From contig DASXQR010000003.1 in NCBI GenBank assembly GCA_036507075.1, forward strand, positions 43,232 to 107,231: a stretch of DNA of 64,000 nt, read 5' to 3'. The translations under genes and the position numbers were made by a program. Positions 32,071 through 42,445 of this stretch are shown piece by piece (position 1 is the stretch's first letter; the number at the start of each line of letters is the position of its first letter). The DNA is from Acidobacteriota bacterium (GTDB taxonomy: Bacteria > Acidobacteriota > UBA6911 > JACQSX01). The notes beneath the pieces are model-generated. The model saw only the letters and a list, made by a program, of their open reading frames with translations. It searched no databases and had not been told where the DNA came from.

Positions 32071-32970
32071 TCAGATTTCAGCCATCACCCGCTGCATGAA
32101 TTGTATTGATTCGCGGGCGATTTTTTCCGCTCCCGGTTTAAAATCGAACACTTCCAGCGAGACCCAACCCGGAAAACGGATTTCCTTTAACGCCCGAAAC
32201 ACCGGTTTGAAATCCAGGCCACGCGTACCGGGGTAGCTGCCGTCCATTTCATTGACATGGACGTGCCGGATTATTCCTGCATGTTTCTTAATCAGCCGAT
32301 CGAGCGGTTCTGTTTCATCGGCTGTGTTGTGAACGTCGAACATACTCTGCAGCGCGTGGTGGCGCACCCGCTTTACCACGTCGGCAGCTTCCTTCATTGT
32401 GTTCACGACGTCGCATTGCTGGTTGCTCGGGATCGGCTCCATGCAGATTGTGATGCCGCGCTCGCCGGCGTGAGGTGCGACCTTCACGAACCCATTTACA
32501 AGGTTCTGCACTGCCTTCGCTGCGGGAACCCCACGGGAGGTTCGTTGCTTGGGAGAACCGAATACCATGATCTTACCGCCGACATCGGCGCACAGATCGA
32601 CCAGTTTTCGCACGTAATCCCAACTATCATTGCGGATTTTCTCGTCCGGCGTTGTGACATGCAGCCACTGGGGCGTGATCAGAAGCCAGTGCAGTCCCGA
32701 GCAGACCAGTCCGTTGTCGCCAAGGACGGATTTGATTTCTTTGCGCCGTTTTGGAGAAATTGAATCCACATGATCGGACAGCCAGAACGGTGCAATCTCA
32801 AGCGCCCTGTACCCGATACTGCTGATAAAAGGCGCAGTTTTCTCGACGCTCCAGCCTTCGAAGATTTCACTGCAGATGGAGTATCTCGGTTTCCAGACCG
32901 CCTTTTTGTTTTGCAGCGGCGTCATTGCTGTCGCCAGTCCTGAGAAAACGAACTCACGTCGTCGCATCAT
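32071..32970 (-). CDS. Sugar phosphate isomerase/epimerase (D-tagatose 3-epimerase-like TIM barrel)
   Basis: EIAPF, VFGSPKQR, MEP, FDVHN, HVHVNE, VSLEVF; N-terminal RRREF. Confidence 0.85.
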   Translation of the reverse strand: MMRRREFVFSGLATAMTPLQNKKAVWKPRYSICSEIFEGWSVEKTAPFISSIGYRALEIAPFWLSDHVDSISPKRRKEIKSVLGDNGLVCSGLHWLLITPQWLHVTTPDEKIRNDSWDYVRKLVDLCADVGGKIMVFGSPKQRTSRGVPAAKAVQNLVNGFVKVAPHAGERGITICMEPIPSNQQCDVVNTMKEAADVVKRVRHHALQSMFDVHNTADETEPLDRLIKKHAGIIRHVHVNEMDGSYPGTRGLDFKPVFRALKEIRFPGWVSLEVFDFKPGAEKIARESIQFMQRVMAEI

Positions 32971-33072
32971 CTTTTTCGCGCTTTCTCTTTCGCGTTTTCG
33001 CGCGTTCGCCGTTTATCATACGACTGGTCGGCCTGGAAGCAAACATCTTCCTAACGTGGTAAATTAAGGTTT

Positions 33073-33798
33073 ATGCAGCAAACGGCAACTCCACATCAGA
33101 TCAACGTCAGTGAGAGCGGAGCGGAGCGTGACGGACGCCCGCAAACTCTGGACCGGCGTCTTTTCATGCAGCTCCAGGTTTTCGGCGGCTGTAAGGAACC
33201 GCAGCAGATCGCCGCCGAAATGAAGCAGAGGAGCTTTGGCGGCGTGCTTTATCAGGACCTCAACGACCCGCGTGGCATCGGGATCCTGGCAATGAGCGAG
33301 GATCCCGCCTTCTTTGCAGCCGACTTTCGAGAGATGCTCAACTCCGGTTCGTTTCTGGCGCTCGTGCACAAGCCCGAATTCACCATGCTGGGACGCACCT
33401 ACTCATCAGGATATGAGCAGGATTTGGAAGACTGGCTATTGCTGCGGCCTCGGAGGACGGTGCTTAACCGCGACTGGCCCTGGGCGATATGGTATCCGCT
33501 TCGCCGTTCGGGCGCATTTGCGCGACTCGACCCGAAAGAGCAGGGCGCCATCCTTCGGGAACACGCTGCCATCGGGCGAGCTTACGGAGAAGCGGACCTG
33601 GCTCACGATATTCGCCTGGCGTGTCACGGCCTGGACACCCGGGACAACGAATTCGTAATCGGCCTGGTGGGCCCTGATCTGCATCCGCTTTCACACATCG
33701 TTCAGACGATGCGCAAGACGCGCCAGACCGCCGAGTTTATCCAAACAATGGGCCCTTTCTTCGTCGGACGCGTCTTGTGGCAGAGTCCGATGTCGTGA
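33073..33798 (+). CDS. Chlorite dismutase/HemQ superfamily protein
   Basis: WYPLRR..LREHAAIG..GLD..EFVIG pattern. Confidence 0.75.
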   Translation: MQQTATPHQINVSESGAERDGRPQTLDRRLFMQLQVFGGCKEPQQIAAEMKQRSFGGVLYQDLNDPRGIGILAMSEDPAFFAADFREMLNSGSFLALVHKPEFTMLGRTYSSGYEQDLEDWLLLRPRRTVLNRDWPWAIWYPLRRSGAFARLDPKEQGAILREHAAIGRAYGEADLAHDIRLACHGLDTRDNEFVIGLVGPDLHPLSHIVQTMRKTRQTAEFIQTMGPFFVGRVLWQSPMS

Positions 33799-33855
33799 CC
33801 CACACGGCGACTAACTTCATTAACACCTTGCCTTTTGTACGGTACCTTTCTACCT

Positions 33856-33977
33856 CGGAATGCGGAATGCGGAATGGGGAATGCGGAATGCGGAGTGCAG
33901 AATATGGAATTCCCCATTCCCCATTCGCCATTCCCCATTCCGCATTCGCCATTCCGCATTCCGCATTCCCCATTCGC
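33856..33977. repeat. Heptamer inverted-repeat element (GAATGCG family) between convergent genes
   Basis: ggaatgcggaatgcggaatgggga ... ccccattccgcattcgccattccgcatt. Confidence 0.88.
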
Positions 33978-34838
33978 CTACCGCTCGGTTCTGATCCGTG
34001 TCCGCACCCGAGTAATCTGCAGATTGAAATAGGTAAAGCAGCATTCACCATTATTCACCTTTACGGCAATCACGTTCTCGTCGGCCGTGAGAAAACTGCG
34101 GGGAATGCTCACTGGGGGAACCGTTCCGTTTTCTCCGCATCGTTTTAGCGGATCATTGACGCAGCCTCCCCCATCCTTCGATCCCCACCGGCCGACGTAA
34201 TGGCCATTTACGTATACCCATATTCCATCATCGCTGGAGAATACGATCTTCGAATCCTCGTCGGGGTCGGCAACAAAAAACCTGCGTCTGTAGTAGCGCG
34301 CGCGGTTCGTCGTATCGCCAAAAGAGTTATCGTCAGGCAGGTTGATCCGGCTCCAGTCGTCATCATCGAATTCAATTTCATACCAGGCTCGGCCAATTAC
34401 ATCGCGGACGGATTTTTTGGTGTCAAAGACCGGAGATGCCAGCCAGTGGGCGTTGGCCTCCAGTAGCAGCACGCCGTTGTAAAGAGGGTTGGCACGGTCG
34501 TCGAAAATCTCCAGATCCAATTCGATGCGGTCGGGTTCTGAGCGCCCGTACGCCCGTCCCCGGCCGGCACCGTCAATACGTTCGAGCGTGATCCTAATGC
34601 GCGCACCCTCGGTCGTGCCCTGAATCCGATAATTGCCGCGGTCGCGAAGGCGAAGATGGCCCGTTACATTCTCGCCGATAGTGAGGTTGGCTGATGCGCT
34701 GATCGGGCTGTAGGGCGCCTGCTGGTCAACCACAAAGTTAGGAGTGAGAAACCCGCTATAGCTGGTCGCTCTTACCGATACAATTGAGTTTAGGAATGCG
34801 AGCGCCAGCAGCACGGCGCGCAGTCTTGTCGTCATCAT
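33978..34838 (-). CDS. Secreted hypothetical protein with PA14/galactose-binding-like C-terminal domain
   Basis: Signal peptide; RYYRRRF..SSDDGIWVYVNG..ENVIAVKVNN pattern. Confidence 0.6.
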   Translation of the reverse strand: MMTTRLRAVLLALAFLNSIVSVRATSYSGFLTPNFVVDQQAPYSPISASANLTIGENVTGHLRLRDRGNYRIQGTTEGARIRITLERIDGAGRGRAYGRSEPDRIELDLEIFDDRANPLYNGVLLLEANAHWLASPVFDTKKSVRDVIGRAWYEIEFDDDDWSRINLPDDNSFGDTTNRARYYRRRFFVADPDEDSKIVFSSDDGIWVYVNGHYVGRWGSKDGGGCVNDPLKRCGENGTVPPVSIPRSFLTADENVIAVKVNNGECCFTYFNLQITRVRTRIRTER

Positions 34839-34912
34839 CTCTTTGGATTGAGCGAGAAAGAAAAAGGATCAATTGAGGTATCAGCAGGTAGAATGAACGG
34901 ACCATTAATACG

Positions 34913-36061
34913 ATGAAAAACTGGAAAACGATTCTGATCATCGCCGTCATCGCCGCCGCGGCCATTGTGGTGTTCTATACTTTCGCGCGCCAGGAGAACC
35001 CCAACAAGCTGGTGCTTTCCGGATTTGTCGATCAGCAGGAAATTCATGTGGGTTCCCGCCAGGGAGGCAGAGTGGTCCAGGTGCTGGTGGAAGAAGGCTC
35101 TCTGGTGCAGAAAGACCAGCCACTCGTGCGACTTGATCCGGAGGATCTGATTGCTCGAAGAGCGGCGTTGGAGGCTGATCTGGCCAGCAGCCAGGCCAAT
35201 CTGTTGAAACTGGAGCACGGCGCGCGCAAGGAGGAGATTGCGCAGGCTCGAGCAAGCGCTGCCGCCGCCATGTCTCGCTACTCTTTGTTGAAATCCGGCG
35301 CCCGCAAGGAGGAGATCGCTCAGGCTGAAGCCGAGCTGGCCGCTGCCCAGGCGGTAGAGAGAGACGCCAAGATCGAGGCTGACAGGATGCAGCAACTGTT
35401 CGACAAAGGCGTCGTCTCGCAAAAGGAGCGCGACAACGCCTTCTATCGCTATCAAAGCCAGGCTGCGCAGGTGCGGGCTCGCCAGCAAAAGGTGCAGGAG
35501 CTTCGAATCGGCAATCGGGAAGAAGAAATACAGGCGGCCTATCACGATTATCAGCGGGAGCTGGCGCGCCTTCGATTGCTGGAGGCGGGTACTCGACAGG
35601 AGGAAATCGCGGAAGCCCGCGCCCGCGTGGCACGCATGCGTGCTCAAATTCAAGAGCTCGACGTGAATATTGCTGAGAGCGAAATCCGCTCTCCTGCCAA
35701 GGCTCGCGTGGAAGTAATTTCAGTCCGACCCGGAGATCTGGTGCAGCCCGGTGTTCCGGTGATGCGACTGCTGGAACCGGACCGCGTTTGGGTACGCGTG
35801 TATGTTCCCGAACCAAAGCTTGGACTGGTTCGCGTGGGTCAAAAGGCGGAGATCCGCATCGACACATTTCCAAATCGCATCTTCTCGGGTGTGGTCGAGC
35901 AGATCAATTCGGAGTCTGAATTCACGCCCCGAAACGTCCAGAGTAGGGATGAACGAAATCATCAGGTGTTCGGTGTAAAGATCCGCATTGATAATCAACT
36001 GGGGGAGATCAAATCGGGTATGGCCGCCGACGTCGCTCTGCTTCTGGGCACCCAAAGCTAA
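34913..36061 (+). CDS. HlyD family efflux periplasmic adaptor (YbhG-like)
   Basis: N-terminal TM, lipoyl-like GGRVVQVLVEEG, long coiled coil, EFTPRNVQ motif. Confidence 0.9.
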   Translation: MKNWKTILIIAVIAAAAIVVFYTFARQENPNKLVLSGFVDQQEIHVGSRQGGRVVQVLVEEGSLVQKDQPLVRLDPEDLIARRAALEADLASSQANLLKLEHGARKEEIAQARASAAAAMSRYSLLKSGARKEEIAQAEAELAAAQAVERDAKIEADRMQQLFDKGVVSQKERDNAFYRYQSQAAQVRARQQKVQELRIGNREEEIQAAYHDYQRELARLRLLEAGTRQEEIAEARARVARMRAQIQELDVNIAESEIRSPAKARVEVISVRPGDLVQPGVPVMRLLEPDRVWVRVYVPEPKLGLVRVGQKAEIRIDTFPNRIFSGVVEQINSESEFTPRNVQSRDERNHQVFGVKIRIDNQLGEIKSGMAADVALLLGTQS

Positions 36062-36268
36062 AAACTGAACCGCCAAGAACGCCAGGAGCGCTAAGCTTTG
36101 AAGAGTGAACCGCCAAGAACGCTAAGAACGCCAAGCACTGGGAGCCATAAAATTTGACAATCGCTCACCAGTCGTTGAAGTATAAAAATAATTTCAAAGC
36201 TTAGCGCTCTTGGCGTTCTTGGCGGTTCAGTTTTCAAAGCTTGGTGTTCTTAGCGTTCGTGGCGGTTC
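36061..36268. repeat. Double 9-mer inverted-repeat element (AACGCCAAG family)
   Basis: Two gaaccgccaagaacgc.. left arms and two ..gcgttcttggcggttc-type right arms. Confidence 0.88.
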
Positions 36269-36277
36269 CCTCTTTCC

Positions 36278-37249
36278 ATGGCTCCTGTAATTACCGCTGA
36301 GAATCTAACTATTCAGTTTGGAACGGTGCGCGCCGTGGACCGGGTGACTTTTCACGTCGAATCAGGCGATATCTTCGGCCTGATGGGCCCCAATGGCTCG
36401 GGAAAGACGACGATCGTGCGCGCGCTTTGCGGGCTTGTCACTCCCAGAGAAGGGCACGGAACGGTGCTTGGACTTGATATTGCCACGCAATCCGAGCAAA
36501 TCCGCCAGCAGGTGGGCTACATGTCGCAGAAGTTCAGTCTCTATGAGGACCTTACGGTCCGGGAAAACATCGATTTTTATGCGGGCGTCTACGGCCTCAC
36601 GGGTGCTGAAGCGGAGAAGCGCAAGCGTGAAGTAATCGAACTGACCCATATCGGCCCTTACTTAAGCCGCCGAGGAGCGCATCTATCAGGCGGGTGGCGC
36701 CAGCGCCTCGCTTTGTCCTGTTCGCTCCTTCACGAGCCGCGGGTTCTCTTTCTGGATGAGCCTACGGCAGGAATCGATCCCGTGGCCCGGAGAGATTTGT
36801 GGGATCTTCTGTTCACGTTATCCGGGGCCGGAGTTACCTTTTTTGTAACCACCCATTACATGGACGAGGCCGAAAGGTGCAGCCGTGTTGGTTACATCTA
36901 TCTTTCCAGAATGATCGCGCTGGGGACGCCGGATGACTTAAAACGACGGCCCGAAGTGACACCGGCGGGACAGCGGCGCGTTGAAATTGTTCTCCCCAAT
37001 ACGTCGGCCGGCATGGCGTTTCTTCTCAAGCAGTGCCCTTATGTAAAAGATGCAACCATCTTCGGCCAGTCCATACACCTCCTGATCGACGAGGAGGTTT
37101 CCAACAACCAGATCACCGAAGACCTGGCCAGGGGCGGCCATCCAAGCGCGGTGGTGAAAGATATTGGTTCCCCTTCGCTGGAAGATGTCTTTGTCACCCT
37201 GACGGCGCTGTATGCCGCCACCAGCGAGTCCGAGGGCGTCCCGGTCTGA
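36278..37249 (+). CDS. ABC transporter ATP-binding protein (YbhF-like)
   Basis: [38 protein letters not shown]. Confidence 0.92.
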   Translation: MAPVITAENLTIQFGTVRAVDRVTFHVESGDIFGLMGPNGSGKTTIVRALCGLVTPREGHGTVLGLDIATQSEQIRQQVGYMSQKFSLYEDLTVRENIDFYAGVYGLTGAEAEKRKREVIELTHIGPYLSRRGAHLSGGWRQRLALSCSLLHEPRVLFLDEPTAGIDPVARRDLWDLLFTLSGAGVTFFVTTHYMDEAERCSRVGYIYLSRMIALGTPDDLKRRPEVTPAGQRRVEIVLPNTSAGMAFLLKQCPYVKDATIFGQSIHLLIDEEVSNNQITEDLARGGHPSAVVKDIGSPSLEDVFVTLTALYAATSESEGVPV

Positions 37250-37259
37250 CGTTGATTTG

Positions 37260-37352
37260 AAAATGGGGACAGACCCCGTTTTGATTTGAAAATGGGGACA
37301 GACCCCGTTTTGAAAAACTTGCAGTGGGAAAAAATGGGGACAGACCCCCATT
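37260..37352. repeat. Three REP-like hairpins (AAAATGGGGACAGACCCC)
   Basis: Copies at 37260, 37289 and 37331; each forms a stem with an ACAGA loop. Confidence 0.85.
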
Positions 37353-37401
37353 TCAGCGCCCGTCCTTGGCGCTCTCTTGGTGTTCTTGGCGGTGAAGATT
37401 T

Positions 37402-38541
37402 ATGGATAATCCAGGCTTACGATCGTTTCGCGGCTTTTGGCCGATACTGAAGAAAGAGTCGATTCATATCAGACGTGATCCGGCCGCCCTCTTTTTTGCG
37501 CTGTTTATTCCTGTGGTTGAAATGTTTCTGATCGGCTACGCCGTAAATATCAACGTACGGGACGTAAGCACGGTCGTCTACGACGAAGCTCACACCCAGG
37601 AGAGCCGCGAATTCCTGCAGCGTTTTGCCAACAGCCACGCGTATGCTTTCAAGAAGTACGTTTATTCGGATGAGGAAATGACGCGCGAAATCGTGGCGGG
37701 GCGCGCCCAGGTCGGTATCAAGATACCCCATGACTTTTCACGTCGCCTGCTGGCGGGAGATTCCGCGCCGGTTCTGGTTCTGGTGGACGGTTCGAATGCG
37801 ACGGTTGCGGGAGAAGTCGGCAATGTCGCCATCGGAATTGCGTTGCAGGCATCGCTGGAACGCGTGCTTTCTCAAGTTCATCACTCTCGGGCCAGGCTCC
37901 CGGTGGAGGTCCGGCGTAAAGTTTTGTTCAATCCTGACTCACGCTCGGCCAATTTCTTCATTCCCGGTCTGGTGGTTGTGCTGATTCAGATTATTACCGT
38001 GATACTGACGGCGTTTTCCATCGTGCGCGAGCGCGAACGGGGAACCCTGGAACAGCTTTTTATGACGCCGGTCGGAACTCTTGGCCTGTTGATAGGCAAA
38101 ATCGTCCCCTACGGCATTCTGGCTTTTCTGGAACTGTGCTGGATTCTTCTGATTATGCGCTGGATCTTTCTGGTGCCGATCGCCGGAAGCGTAACTCTGC
38201 TGCTGGCGCTCTCGTTGCTTTTCATTCTTGCCATGCTGAGCGTGGCTCTGCTCATTTCCACGAAGGCACGCACGCAGCAGGAAGCGAATCAGATGGCGTT
38301 TGGGACGATGCTGCCGGCCATTTTTCTTTCAGGATATGTTTTTCCCTTCGACAGTATGCCGCCTTTCTTTCAGTGGATCGGACTGTTGATACCCACAACT
38401 TACCTGATTGATATCTGCCGGGGGATCGTGCTGCGGGGAGCGGGAATTGCAGAGCTTTGGCCCCAGGCGCTGGTGTTGCTTGGGTTCAGCGTGGTGCTGA
38501 TTTTCTTAAGCGCGATGCGATTCCAGAAAAAGACGATGTAG
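37402..38541 (+). CDS. ABC-2 transporter permease (YbhS/R-like)
   Basis: [30 protein letters not shown]. Confidence 0.92.
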   Translation: MDNPGLRSFRGFWPILKKESIHIRRDPAALFFALFIPVVEMFLIGYAVNINVRDVSTVVYDEAHTQESREFLQRFANSHAYAFKKYVYSDEEMTREIVAGRAQVGIKIPHDFSRRLLAGDSAPVLVLVDGSNATVAGEVGNVAIGIALQASLERVLSQVHHSRARLPVEVRRKVLFNPDSRSANFFIPGLVVVLIQIITVILTAFSIVRERERGTLEQLFMTPVGTLGLLIGKIVPYGILAFLELCWILLIMRWIFLVPIAGSVTLLLALSLLFILAMLSVALLISTKARTQQEANQMAFGTMLPAIFLSGYVFPFDSMPPFFQWIGLLIPTTYLIDICRGIVLRGAGIAELWPQALVLLGFSVVLIFLSAMRFQKKTM

Positions 38542-38544
38542 GTC

Positions 38545-38803
38545 GAAGGTCAAAAGCCGAACGTCAAGCCTGGATTATTCACAAAAAGCTTAACCGCGAA
38601 GAACGCAAAGAACGCCAAGAGAGCGCAAGGGACGGGGGCTGAAACTTGAAGTATGAAGGCCTCAAACCGTGTCCTAAGTCTGCCTGGCGCCTTCATACTT
38701 CAAGTTTCAGCCCCCGTCCCTTGCGCTATTCTTAGCGCTCTTAGCGTTCTTGGCGGTGAAGATTTGTGAATAATCCAGGCTTGACGTTCGGCTTTTGACC
38801 TTC
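38545..38803. mobile_element. 259-bp near-perfect palindromic MITE-like element between convergent genes
   Basis: Perfect 41-bp outer and 39-bp inner arms with degenerate 9-mers between; 28-nt loop. Confidence 0.75.
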
Positions 38804-39692
38804 AGACATTCAGCCTCTGAACTACTGCCTCGTATTCATATCGCCTCTTGATCGCCCCACAGTGCAGAAAAACGGTGAGCGCCTGCTGGTAAAGGTCGCG
38901 TGTTATTTCCAGCGCGCCATTCCAGCACCCGAGCCGCTGGTAGCGTGCGATCGTGGAGGTAAGTACTTCAAGTTCGACGGCGGGGAAAAGATCTTTCTCC
39001 AACCGGACAATATCGTTGGCGTTAGCCTGATTGACAAAATCACGGCCGTTTCGATAGGCCTTCAGAAAGGCCCGAGCCTTTTCCGTCTTGAGGAATTCAG
39101 TCGAAGCCATCAGACTGCTGAAAGCCACCGCCGGCATAGCCTCCCCAACGGAAGCCACAACATTGCCCACCCCGTCGTTTTCCAGCTCTTGGGCAGCCGG
39201 CCCCTGCAGGTGAACATAGTCGCCCGCCCCCTGCCGAAACCTTGCATCCATTTGCTCAGGAGCGCCGGCATCGATCAGTGCCACCTGCTTCCATTCGACT
39301 TGATTTATTTCCGCAGCGTAGCGCAGCATCACCAGAGGCTGGGAGCCATGATCGGCCACCAGCGTGCTGCCCTCCAGCCGTTTCCAGTCGAAGGCTTCGC
39401 CCGGCTTTCGAGCCACAATAAAAAATCCGTCCCGGCGGTTGATTTGGGCAAAGTGCGCCGGGAGATCGGAGGCACCGCTGTCCATTGCGGCCCAATTGGA
39501 AGAAACAGCGGACTGCATTACTTCCACGTCGCCTCTTCGAATTAGTTCGTGAGACCTCTGTCCTGGCTGAAGAACCGAGTAGGTACTCTGAAGTCCTTCC
39601 GCCTTCAGGAAACCGCCGTTAATTGTAGCCAGCAACGGGCTGTAAAAGGCGGAATGGCGGGACGCCATGATCCGGATCGGTTCGCCTGGCAT
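38802..39692 (-). CDS. NMT1/THI5-like ABC substrate-binding fold protein
   Basis: HSAFYSPLL..GGFLKAEGL, FAQINRRDGFFIVAR; start taken at MPGEP. Confidence 0.75.
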   Translation of the reverse strand: MPGEPIRIMASRHSAFYSPLLATINGGFLKAEGLQSTYSVLQPGQRSHELIRRGDVEVMQSAVSSNWAAMDSGASDLPAHFAQINRRDGFFIVARKPGEAFDWKRLEGSTLVADHGSQPLVMLRYAAEINQVEWKQVALIDAGAPEQMDARFRQGAGDYVHLQGPAAQELENDGVGNVVASVGEAMPAVAFSSLMASTEFLKTEKARAFLKAYRNGRDFVNQANANDIVRLEKDLFPAVELEVLTSTIARYQRLGCWNGALEITRDLYQQALTVFLHCGAIKRRYEYEAVVQRLNV

Positions 39693-39790
39693 ATACAAAA
39701 CGCTATCATATTTTTGCGACGGCGATTTAGGCTTAGCGCTCCTTGTGTAGCAAGTTGGCAACTTCTTGCTTTTCTGGCAAAGTTTCCAGG

Positions 39791-39992
39791 CCGTCCACGA
39801 GCACGAGCACGTCAACATCCACGACTACGTCTACGTTTTCTGGATACGGCGGCGATTGGTAGACTGCAGAGAATTAAAGGCTGTTTAGAGGATGATGTTG
39901 TCGTGATCGTGGACCTGAGACGTAGTCGTCGACGTGCTCGTGCTCGTGGGCGTGGACGGCTTTTTGGGTTGCGGTCTACGGCTGCGCTGCGG
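39791..39992. repeat. 6-mer inverted-repeat element (GCACGA family)
   Basis: ccgtccacgagcacgagcacgtc ... gacgtgctcgtgctcgtgggcgtggacgg. Confidence 0.82.
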
Positions 39993-40072
39993 TTTTTGAA
40001 GTGAAGATTTTTGAATAATCCCGGCTGGTCGAGTGATATTTTCATAGCAAACTCTTCGGAGGTCTTGCGTCC

Positions 40073-42373
40073 ATGCTGATTCGATGCGTGCTCAGAGCCT
40101 TGATCTTGATCTTGATTGCGACAATAGCCGCGCAGGCAGAAAGTGCCGATCAAAAAACTCTGTTCGGATATTCCGGAGATGGTGCCGCGCGACAGCGGAC
40201 CCTGGAGGCCCGCTTTGATTCCTATCTCCGCAAAGACAACCTTCGGGACTGGATGAAGCGGCTCTCAGCGCGCCCCCACCACGTGGGGTCTCCCTTTGGC
40301 AGGGAAGTCGCAGAATTTATCGCTTCTCAATTTCGGGCCTGGGGATATGAGACCGAGATTGAAACTTTCAAGGTTCTTTTTCCCACGCCGAACCAGCGGG
40401 TGCTGGAAATGGTGGAACCGGAAAAGTTCACCGCCCGCCTGCTGGAACCGGAGTTGAAGGAAGACGCCACTTCCGGACGCACGCAGGAAGCCCTGCCCGC
40501 TTACAATGCGTACTCGATTGACGGAGATGTGACGGGCAAGCTGGTGTATGTCAATTATGGAGTTCCCAGGGACTACGAAGATCTTGACCAGCGCGGAATT
40601 GACGTGAAAGGTAAAATCGTGATCGCGCGCTACGGCGGCTCATGGCGAGGAATCAAACCCAAGGTGGCTGCGGAACACGGTGCCGTCGGTTGCATCATTT
40701 ATTCGGATCCCCGTGACGATGGATATTTTCAGGGTGACGTTTACCCCAAAGGCGCGTGGCGCAATGATACAGGCGCGCAGCGCGGATCGGTGGCGGACAT
40801 GCCGATCCACCCGGGTGACCCGCTTACCCCGGGAACAGGTGCAACCGAAAATGCCAGGCGGCTGGAAATGAAAGACGTTCGAACCTTCACTAGGATTCCC
40901 GTACTGCCGGTCTCTTATGCCGACGCCCTGCCGCTGCTTCGATCTCTGGAAGGTCCCGTAGCGCCGCAGTCCTGGCGTGGTGCGCTGCCCATCACCTACC
41001 ATCTTGGGCCCGGACCGGCGACGGTTCATCTGAAGCTCGCGTTCGAATGGAAACTGGTGCCCGCTTATGACGTGATAGCAAAACTGCGAGGGACTGAATT
41101 GCCGGACGAGTGGATTCTGCGCGGTAACCATCACGATGCCTGGGTTTTTGGGGCCAACGATCCGCTCAGCGGCACGGTAGCCGTAATGGAAGAGGCACGG
41201 GCTGTTGCCGAACTGGCAAAGAGCGGCTGGAAATCGAAACGGACCATCGTCTATGCGGTATGGGACGGCGAAGAGCCAGGACTTCTCGGCTCCACGGAAT
41301 GGGTCGAAACCCATGCTGACATCCTCGACAAGCATGCCGCCGTGTACATCAATTCGGACACAAACGGCCGCGGTTTCCTGCAGGTCGGTGGTTCGCATGC
41401 GCTGGAGAAGATGGTGAGCGATGTGGCGCGCGACGTCATCGATCCGGAGAAGAAGATCACGGTTTTTGAGCGCGCGCGTGCTCTCAGAACACTGAGGCTG
41501 GCGGCCGACGATGAATCGGTGGGGCCTGCGCGCGAGATCCCACGATCTCCCAGTGAGGGGGCAACGCCTGATCTGCGCATCAGCGCTCTCGGCTCCGGAT
41601 CCGACTACACGCCGTTCCTGCAGCATCTGGGCATTTCTACGCTCAACATCGGGTATGGCGGCGAGAATGGTGGAGGAGAGTACCATTCCATTTATGATTC
41701 CTACGATCACTACACGCGTTTTAAGGATCCCGGGTTTGACTACGGCATCGCGTTGGTGCAAACGTGTGGAAGGCTTGTTCTAAGGCTCGCCGAGGCCGAC
41801 TTTCTGCCGTTGGTTTTCGCCAATCTCTCCTCTGCGATTGACGGTTATTTACGAGAGGTGACCCAACTGACAGATGAAATGCGCGAACGAACGGCGGAAA
41901 AGAATCGAAACGTCGCCGAGAAAGCGTACTTTGCCGTCTTTGATCCCCTGCAGCCATACGTTTTGCCCAAACCGGAGGATGCTGTTCCATTCATAAATTT
42001 TGCGCCGCTGCAGAATGCGACCGCCCGGCTGCGAGAAAGCGCACGCGCCTACGATCGCGCCATTAAGCAGAGCACGGAAGGCGGTCGGAAGCTGTCTGGC
42101 GAGCGCCTGAAACAACTTGATCAGGCATTGCTCCGGACAGAACGCTTCATGTTGCGGAGCGAAGGATTGCCCCGGCGGCCCTGGTTCAGGCACCAGATTT
42201 ACGCGCCGGGCGCGTATACGGGATATGGAGTCAAAACATTCCCTGGCGTAAGGGAAGCCATCGAGCAGCGCGCCTGGCGAGAGGCAGCGGAACAGATAGA
42301 ATTTCTGAGCCAGACGATCGAAAAACTGGCCGATCAGATCGACACGGCCGCCAGGATTGTCAAATCAGAGTAA
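40073..42373 (+). CDS. M28 peptidase, glutamate carboxypeptidase II/transferrin-receptor-like
   Basis: PA domain (VYVNYG), GNHHDAW, WDGEEPGLLGSTEW, GSGSDY, YHSIYD, TFR dimer domain. Confidence 0.92.
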   Translation: MLIRCVLRALILILIATIAAQAESADQKTLFGYSGDGAARQRTLEARFDSYLRKDNLRDWMKRLSARPHHVGSPFGREVAEFIASQFRAWGYETEIETFKVLFPTPNQRVLEMVEPEKFTARLLEPELKEDATSGRTQEALPAYNAYSIDGDVTGKLVYVNYGVPRDYEDLDQRGIDVKGKIVIARYGGSWRGIKPKVAAEHGAVGCIIYSDPRDDGYFQGDVYPKGAWRNDTGAQRGSVADMPIHPGDPLTPGTGATENARRLEMKDVRTFTRIPVLPVSYADALPLLRSLEGPVAPQSWRGALPITYHLGPGPATVHLKLAFEWKLVPAYDVIAKLRGTELPDEWILRGNHHDAWVFGANDPLSGTVAVMEEARAVAELAKSGWKSKRTIVYAVWDGEEPGLLGSTEWVETHADILDKHAAVYINSDTNGRGFLQVGGSHALEKMVSDVARDVIDPEKKITVFERARALRTLRLAADDESVGPAREIPRSPSEGATPDLRISALGSGSDYTPFLQHLGISTLNIGYGGENGGGEYHSIYDSYDHYTRFKDPGFDYGIALVQTCGRLVLRLAEADFLPLVFANLSSAIDGYLREVTQLTDEMRERTAEKNRNVAEKAYFAVFDPLQPYVLPKPEDAVPFINFAPLQNATARLRESARAYDRAIKQSTEGGRKLSGERLKQLDQALLRTERFMLRSEGLPRRPWFRHQIYAPGAYTGYGVKTFPGVREAIEQRAWREAAEQIEFLSQTIEKLADQIDTAARIVKSE

Positions 42374-42445
42374 TAAATTCTTAAATAACTTCGTGAAATT
42401 CGTGTAAATTCGTGAAAATTCGTGCTCGTAAAATTCGTGCTTCCG

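Noticed and set aside
33702..34148. ORFs with ECGMRN / PHSAFRI, LPPAS or RRQEAGG repeats (also near 2792, 51781, 59470, 61326)
   Set aside because: Translations of heptamer arrays that simply lack stop codons; not counted as genes.
36154..36186. TTGACA ... TATAAA promoter inside a repeat spacer
   Set aside because: The 21-bp spacing is too long for sigma70.
37254..37352. Possible CRISPR array (29-nt period repeats)
   Set aside because: Only three hairpin copies, no unique spacers of regular length, and no cas genes; REP-like instead.
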